Sequence record: DRR723986_4811
Length of the DNA stretch: 64,000 bases
Direction: 5' to 3' (one strand)
Made by a program: the position numbers and the translations under genes. The notes under the pieces were generated by a model. That model saw only the letters and a list, made by a program, of their open reading frames with translations. It was not told where the DNA came from and did not search any database. Below, in pieces: positions 58,390-64,000 of the stretch (its first letter is position 1; the number at the start of each line of letters is the position of its first letter).

Positions 58390-59052
58390 TTAATGCAACT
58401 GACCTTGGCGAATCAAACCAACAGCTAAACCTTCAATTGCGAAGGTTTCAGTTCGCAGGTCGACTTCAATGGGGGAGAAATCGCTGTTCTCGGCTTGTAA
58501 TTCAACTACATGACCTTTCTGGAAAAAACGTTTCACAGTGACATCATCGTTCACGCGTGCAACCACCACCTGGCCCGCTCTGGCGGTGCTGGCTTTTTTT
58601 ACGGCCAGCAAATCGCCATCCATAATGCCGATGTCTTTCATCGACATGCCGCGTACTTTCAGCAAGTAATCGGGCTTGTCTGGAAACAGTGAGGGATCAA
58701 CGGGAATTTGTTTTTCCACATGTTCTTGGGCAAGAATCGGGCTGCCTGCAGCGACACGACCAATGAGTGGCAGTTGCATGAATTGCTCCATTGCACGTTC
58801 GGCGGCCTTGCTGACAGTTTCTTCCAAACCTTCTGCATACTCCCCCAGCAAGCGAATGCCGCGTGACGTGCTGGCATCTAGCGCAATGACATTTTTTTTG
58901 GCCAAGGCCTGCAAGTGGTCTTCCGCGGCATTGGCTGAACGAAATCCCAGTTGCCGCGCAATTTCAGCGCGGGTAGGTGGCCTGCCAAATTGGGCAATTT
59001 GGTCCCGGATTAAATCAAGAATTTCTTGTTGACGAGCAGTTAAACCTTTCAT
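58390..59052 (-). CDS. lexA: LexA repressor
   Basis: [23 protein letters not shown] cleavage site, GMSM (Ser), VTVK (Lys). Confidence 0.96.
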   Translation of the reverse strand: MKGLTARQQEILDLIRDQIAQFGRPPTRAEIARQLGFRSANAAEDHLQALAKKNVIALDASTSRGIRLLGEYAEGLEETVSKAAERAMEQFMQLPLIGRVAAGSPILAQEHVEKQIPVDPSLFPDKPDYLLKVRGMSMKDIGIMDGDLLAVKKASTARAGQVVVARVNDDVTVKRFFQKGHVVELQAENSDFSPIEVDLRTETFAIEGLAVGLIRQGQLH

Positions 59053-59075
59053 GGCACCAATCTCGAATGGACATG

Positions 59076-59091
59076 CTGTGATTATATACAG
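59076..59091. promoter_or_regulatory. SOS box (LexA operator)
   Basis: CTGTGATTATATACAG = CTGT-N8-ACAG, 23 nt upstream of the lexA ATG. Confidence 0.88.
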
Positions 59092-59346
59092 TAAATCAAA
59101 ACTTGCAAATACATTTACCTGAATCCAATTCGCACTTATGACAGGTAATACGTTCATCTTCGGGAGAGACAGTCTGGGAGACACGGCCAGAAGCGGAGCG
59201 ACAAAGTCGCATCCGCGGCCAACCTCGCTGATCAAGGGGCTGTCATGCCTTGCCTTGGGTATTTTTTCCCGACTTCACACCACCCTGTACCCGAATCACC
59301 TGCCAGATCCTGCGATAATAAACGCGTAGTAACAACCAGGTGATTC

Positions 59347-60123
59347 ATGTCCATGCTTGTAGTTCTTTCTCCCGCAAAGTCGCTCGATTACGAAACACCC
59401 TTGTCCGTTTCAACCAGTACGCAACCGCAGTTTGTTGAGCAGGCCGCGGAGTTGGTGAATATTCTTCGCCCGATGAGCCCGGCGGACATTTCCGAACTCA
59501 TGTCGGTTTCTGACAAATTGGGTGTACTCAACGCAACGCGCTACAGCGAGTGGTCAACCAAGTTCACCAAAAAGAATTCACGCCCTGCATTGCTGGCATT
59601 CAATGGTGATGTCTACGACGGTTTCGACGCCAAAACCCTGGACGAAGACGGTTTGGCTTTTGCGCAGAAGCATGTTCGCATTCTGTCGGGCCTCTATGGC
59701 ATTTTGCGTCCACTTGATTTGATGCAACCCTATCGTCTTGAAATGGGTACCAAGCTGCCCAACCCTGCGGGCAAGGATTTGTATGCCTATTGGAAGCAAA
59801 CCGTGGCGCCAGCCCTGAACAAAGAACTTGGCAATAAAGACCCGGTATTGGTGAACCTGGCGTCTGACGAGTATTTCAAATCGGTGGATACCAAAGCCTT
59901 GAACGCACGTGTGGTTCAACCGGTGTTTCAGGATTACAAAAACGGTCAGTACAAAATCATCAGTTTCTTCGCCAAGAAAGCACGCGGTTTAATGGCCCGC
60001 TACATTGTTGATCAACGCATCACCGATGTAGAGCAACTGAAAAAGTTCAAGGTGGCAGGTTATGCATTTGCACCCAAGGAATCGACCGAGAACACTTGGG
60101 TTTTTCGTCGCAAGGAAGCTTGA
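59347..60123 (+). CDS. yaaA: Peroxide stress protein YaaA
   Basis: [46 protein letters not shown]. Confidence 0.95.
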   Translation: MSMLVVLSPAKSLDYETPLSVSTSTQPQFVEQAAELVNILRPMSPADISELMSVSDKLGVLNATRYSEWSTKFTKKNSRPALLAFNGDVYDGFDAKTLDEDGLAFAQKHVRILSGLYGILRPLDLMQPYRLEMGTKLPNPAGKDLYAYWKQTVAPALNKELGNKDPVLVNLASDEYFKSVDTKALNARVVQPVFQDYKNGQYKIISFFAKKARGLMARYIVDQRITDVEQLKKFKVAGYAFAPKESTENTWVFRRKEA

Positions 60124-60125
60124 TC

Positions 60126-60887
60126 TTGACCATTCCACACATTCTGATCAGCAACGACGATGGTTACAGTGCCCCTGGCATTCTGGCTTTGCATGGTGCT
60201 TTGCTTGAGCGTTTCGGCAATACGGTTCACCTGGAAGTGATGGCGCCTGAGCAAGACCGATCCGGGGTTTCAAACGCGCTCACCCTGGACCGCCCGCTGA
60301 CCGTACGAAAAGCTGCCAATGGATTTCGCTATGTGAATGGAACCCCCACCGATTGCGTGCACGTTGCGGTGACTGGATTACTGGAAAGGCGACCGGATCT
60401 CGTGGTGTCTGGCATCAACAACGGCGCCAATATGGGTGACGACACTATCTACTCTGGCACTGTGGCCGCTGCGATGGAAGGATTCCAGTGCGGATTGCCT
60501 GCCATTGCCTTTTCGTTGGCTGGCAAAGGTTATGCACACCTCGATAGTGCGGCTCGCGTAGCGGCAGAAATTGTGGAGCGTTTCCTGAATAACAAGTTGG
60601 GTTTGGAACACTGTTTGTTGAATGTGAATATTCCCCCGATTCCTTACGATGAGATGCAGGGTTATGAATGCACCCGTTTGGGCAAGCGCCACCATGCCGA
60701 ACCAGTGATTCCAACCCAAAATCCCAAAGACGAAACCGTGTACTGGATTGGTCCTCCCGGTGGAGCGAAAGATGCTGGCCCTGGTACTGATTTTTATGCG
60801 GTCAAGCAGGGTAAAATCTCGATTAGTCCCTTAAAGGCTGATTTAACGCACACCGAGCAAATGAAGACCCTGGCCGACTGGCTGTAA
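60126..60887 (+). CDS. surE: 5'/3'-nucleotidase SurE (TTG start)
   Basis: [36 protein letters not shown]. Confidence 0.95.
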   Translation: MTIPHILISNDDGYSAPGILALHGALLERFGNTVHLEVMAPEQDRSGVSNALTLDRPLTVRKAANGFRYVNGTPTDCVHVAVTGLLERRPDLVVSGINNGANMGDDTIYSGTVAAAMEGFQCGLPAIAFSLAGKGYAHLDSAARVAAEIVERFLNNKLGLEHCLLNVNIPPIPYDEMQGYECTRLGKRHHAEPVIPTQNPKDETVYWIGPPGGAKDAGPGTDFYAVKQGKISISPLKADLTHTEQMKTLADWL

Positions 60888-60896
60888 AACAACAAC

Positions 60897-61637
60897 ATGG
60901 ATCAAAAGCCTCGCTTCAAGCCAGCTCCTGCGCTGATCACACAGTCTGCGCGTAAACTGGACCGCATTCCGGAACGCATCGGTGGTTCAAGCCTGACCTC
61001 CGATCGTGCACGTGGGCATTTGGTTCAGAAACTTAAAACCCTGGGCATTGCGAATCAGCGTGTTCTTGACGTGATCGGTGCCGTGCCGAGGCATTTGTTT
61101 GTGGACGAAGCCTTTGCATCGCGAGCCTACGAAGATGCGGCATTGCCGATTGGGCATCAGCAAACCATTTCAAGGCCTTTCACTGTGGCTCGTTTTGCGG
61201 AGTATGCACTGGATGGCCGTGCTGAGCTGGACAATGTGCTGGAAGTGGGGGCTGGTTGTGGTTATCAGGCTGCAGTGTTTGCCAACATTGCAAAGCGGGT
61301 GGTCAGTATAGAACGCATTGAAGCACTTTATGACAAGGCCCAACGAAACTTAAAACTTGCAGGCTTTCAGAAAGTCAAAGTAATTCATGGTGATGGTTTG
61401 GTGGGTTTGCCTGCACAAGCGCCATTTGATGTCATCATTGTGGCCGCTGCGGGTTTGGAAATACCCCAAGCCTTGTTGAAGCAATTAAAAATTGGCGGGC
61501 GCCTGATTGTGCCCGTGGCTGACCAGAATCAGCAGAATCTGGTTATTGTTGATCGCTTGACGGTCGACAAATGGCACCGAGAGAAAAAAGACTTGGTAAA
61601 ATTCGTACCCCTGTTACAAGGAACTCGCATCGTATGA
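60897..61637 (+). CDS. pcm: Protein-L-isoaspartate O-methyltransferase
   Basis: VPRHLFV, AYED.ALPIG..QTIS.P, LEVGAGCGYQ, FVPL. Confidence 0.95.
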   Translation: MDQKPRFKPAPALITQSARKLDRIPERIGGSSLTSDRARGHLVQKLKTLGIANQRVLDVIGAVPRHLFVDEAFASRAYEDAALPIGHQQTISRPFTVARFAEYALDGRAELDNVLEVGAGCGYQAAVFANIAKRVVSIERIEALYDKAQRNLKLAGFQKVKVIHGDGLVGLPAQAPFDVIIVAAAGLEIPQALLKQLKIGGRLIVPVADQNQQNLVIVDRLTVDKWHREKKDLVKFVPLLQGTRIV

Positions 61638-62455
61638 AACGTGGCGTATTAACTAGAACCCGATTGCTGGGTCACACACGTGCATTGGCAGTTGGATTTG
61701 CAACACTGACCTTCCTGGCCGCGTGTACAACAACGGGTAACCAGGCTCCTGTGGTTGATCGTTTGCCCTCCCGTACTACTGACACCGCGGTGGCCACCGA
61801 TGGTATTTACACTGTGAAGGCCGGTGATACGTTGTACAGCATCGCCCTGGATTTTGGTTTGGATTGGCGTGAGCTGGCGCGGTCCAACAATTTGAGCGAT
61901 CCCAGTAAACTCAGCATTGGTCAAAAGCTGCGCGTGGCGGGCGCACCTGCCGCTGTTGCCGGCGGTGCATCGGGATCGACCATGGAGGATACCGGTGTTG
62001 AAGTAACTCCGATTACTCCCGCTGGTGGCGCAAAGCCAGTGGAGGCGACTCCTGCACCTGAGATCAAGCCGCCAGCACCCGTTGCTGTTACTTTGGGTTT
62101 TATTTGGCCGCATCCAGGTGAAATTATTCAAGGCTACAAAGCGGGCGTCAACAAGGGCATTGACCTTGCTGCCAAGGTAGGTGACCCCGTGGTGGCCTCT
62201 CAGGCGGGGCGTGTTGTGTATTCAGGCAACGCGCTGCGCGGTTACGGTAATTTGATCATTCTGAAACATGACAATAATTTGTTGACCGCCTATGCGCACA
62301 ATAAAACCTTGTTGGTAAAAGAGGGTGAGCCCGTGACCAAGGGTCAGAAAATTGCGGAAGCAGGGCAGTCTGATACGGATCGCCCCAAGCTGCATTTTGA
62401 AGTGCGCAAGCAGGGTAAACCTGTTGACCCGATGGATTACCTCCCGGCCCGTTAA
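61634..62455 (+). CDS. nlpD: NlpD lipoprotein (LysM plus M23)
   Basis: Lipobox LAAC, YTVKAGDTLYSIA LysM, NKGID, YAHN, LHFEVR. Confidence 0.92.
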   Translation: MKRGVLTRTRLLGHTRALAVGFATLTFLAACTTTGNQAPVVDRLPSRTTDTAVATDGIYTVKAGDTLYSIALDFGLDWRELARSNNLSDPSKLSIGQKLRVAGAPAAVAGGASGSTMEDTGVEVTPITPAGGAKPVEATPAPEIKPPAPVAVTLGFIWPHPGEIIQGYKAGVNKGIDLAAKVGDPVVASQAGRVVYSGNALRGYGNLIILKHDNNLLTAYAHNKTLLVKEGEPVTKGQKIAEAGQSDTDRPKLHFEVRKQGKPVDPMDYLPAR

Positions 62456-62473
62456 TTATTATTGAATGTAGCC

Positions 62474-63847
62474 ATGGGCCGCAAAAAGAAAAAAGAACGA
62501 ACGCCTGTGGTGTTTCCACAGGTGCAAGTTGCCATTGAATCAATCGACCTGGATGCCAATGGCATTGGCCATGTGGATGGCAAAGTGCACTTCATCGATG
62601 GTGCAATCACTGGTGAAACCGTAGTTGCCGAAATTACGCGAGTAAAGCCAAGCTATTCGAAAGGCAGAACTCTGCAGGTGCTCAACACGGTATCGACTCG
62701 TACCACGCCCAAGTGTCCGCATTATGGCGTGTGTGGCGGGTGCGCCATGCAACACATTGAGCCCAACGCCCAGGTGGCCATTAAAAACCGTGCACTTGAA
62801 GACCTTTTGCAGCGAATTGGTCGCCAAACTCCCGAGCAGATGATGCCCCCCATCTATGGCTCATTTTGGGGTTATCGACACCGCGCCCGCCTAAGCACCC
62901 GCTTTGTGATCAAGAAGGAGCGATTCTTTGTAGGATTTCACGAGAAAGCGTCTTCTTATGTGGCAGACATGCAGGAGTGTCACGTGCTGCCCAAGCATGT
63001 GTCCGACATGATTGTGCCTCTGGGTAATATGCTGGTTACGTTGAGCATTTTCATGCGTGTTCCTCAAATTGAACTGGCTGTGGGCGACGGAGTGACTGCG
63101 ATGGTGCTACGCCACCTGGAGCCCCTGAGTGAATCAGACCTGGATACGATTCGATCCTTTGGCCGAGAGTGGGGTGTTGACTGGTGGCTGCAACCCGGTG
63201 GCCCCGCCACTGCTCATCGTCTTGAGGCTGACAAGCCAGTAGACCTCACTTATCGCATCCCCAGTTTCGGTATCCGCATGCGATTCCGGCCCACTGATTT
63301 CACGCAGGTGAATCACATGATCAACGACGCCATGATTAGCCGTGCGGTGTCATTGCTCGATTTAAAGCCCGAAGACCGCGTGCTTGACTTGTTTTGCGGT
63401 TTGGGCAACTTCTCCTTGCCTTTGGCCACGAAAAGCAGCTATGTGAAGGGTTTTGAAGGTTCGCAAGACCTGGTGGACCGGGCTGGTGAAAATGCCGAAT
63501 TCAACGGCCTGGCCGACAAAACCGAATTTCATGTACGCAATCTGTTCGAGGTGGAAACACCGGAATGGGAAAGTTGGGGGCAATACGACAAAGTTTTGGT
63601 CGATCCTCCGCGTGACGGAGCCTTGGAAATTTGTAAGGCCATTGTTGGTGCGCGTGCCGAGTTTCAGCCCAAGCGGATTGTTTATGTCAGTTGTAATCCG
63701 GGGACCCTGGCCCGAGATACGGCAGTGCTTTGCAATGTGGGCTCTTACAAGTTGATGAAGGCGGGGGTAGTCAATATGTTCCCGCACACGTCGCATGTTG
63801 AGTCGATTGCCGTGTTTGAAAGAGTGGCGTATAGCGACTATTCCTGA
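62474..63847 (+). CDS. rlmD: 23S rRNA (uracil1939-C5) methyltransferase
   Basis: TRAM domain, CPHYGVCGGC, FTQVN, DLFCGLGNF, DPPRDG, YVSCNP.TLARD, MFPHTSHVES. Confidence 0.95.
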   Translation: MGRKKKKERTPVVFPQVQVAIESIDLDANGIGHVDGKVHFIDGAITGETVVAEITRVKPSYSKGRTLQVLNTVSTRTTPKCPHYGVCGGCAMQHIEPNAQVAIKNRALEDLLQRIGRQTPEQMMPPIYGSFWGYRHRARLSTRFVIKKERFFVGFHEKASSYVADMQECHVLPKHVSDMIVPLGNMLVTLSIFMRVPQIELAVGDGVTAMVLRHLEPLSESDLDTIRSFGREWGVDWWLQPGGPATAHRLEADKPVDLTYRIPSFGIRMRFRPTDFTQVNHMINDAMISRAVSLLDLKPEDRVLDLFCGLGNFSLPLATKSSYVKGFEGSQDLVDRAGENAEFNGLADKTEFHVRNLFEVETPEWESWGQYDKVLVDPPRDGALEICKAIVGARAEFQPKRIVYVSCNPGTLARDTAVLCNVGSYKLMKAGVVNMFPHTSHVESIAVFERVAYSDYS

Positions 63848-63880
63848 CCATGGCGTACATAATTCAACTGCGCAAATAAC

Positions 63881-63906
63881 AAACGGGGCCGTTGCGGCCC
63901 CGTTTT
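63881..63906. terminator. Intrinsic terminator after rlmD
   Basis: AAACGGGGCCG-TTG-CGGCCCCGTTTT. Confidence 0.8.
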
Positions 63907-64000
63907 CGTTGGTGCGTTTGCCTCACCAACTCGGCGGTCAGTATAGATACCGACCCACTGAAACTTTATATTGCGCTTCTGGAATTTACTTTGCAACAAC

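Noticed and set aside
59161-59200. Glycine riboswitch-like GGAGAG...GAAG
   Set aside because: It lacks the CCGAAG and CTCAGG core, and the downstream gene is unrelated to glycine.
59053-59235. N-terminal extension of LexA given by the ORF track
   Set aside because: It would cover the SOS box and promoter, and LexA homology begins at MKGLTARQ (59052).
63910-64000. Possible 3' end of a minus-strand gene at the window edge
   Set aside because: Too short to assign a frame or a product.

Overview
This is a gene-dense chromosomal window from a sulfur-oxidising betaproteobacterium. Gene content and order suggest Burkholderiales, and a Limnobacter-like organism is plausible by inference only. It holds the 3' end of tRNA-Pro, a TetR-controlled pair of lipoproteins (SGNH esterase and GH31), a KdpDE-like two-component system in front of kup, and assorted metabolic genes. 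It also holds cyoABCD-SURF1-regBA, a complete soxCDYZAXB cluster, a TRAP-type transporter whose permease carries an extra NTF2-like domain, tRNA-Arg(CCT), parE, a lexA-imuA-imuB-dnaE2 cassette with its SOS box, and yaaA-surE-pcm-nlpD-rlmD without rpoS. The most striking element is a compact regulatory module at about 47.1-51.1 kb that looks like a type III secretion control circuit without any T3SS structural genes beside it. An IHF site and a sigma-54 promoter drive an HrpL/BtrS-like ECF sigma factor, followed by a GAFTGA sigma-54 activator. A perfect hrp box then precedes a putative secreted regulator split by an in-frame TAG. On the opposite strand a second hrp-box-like promoter precedes a second HrpL-like ECF and a CesT/HrpG-like chaperone. 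All protein calls come from motif recognition by eye, and no database searches were run.
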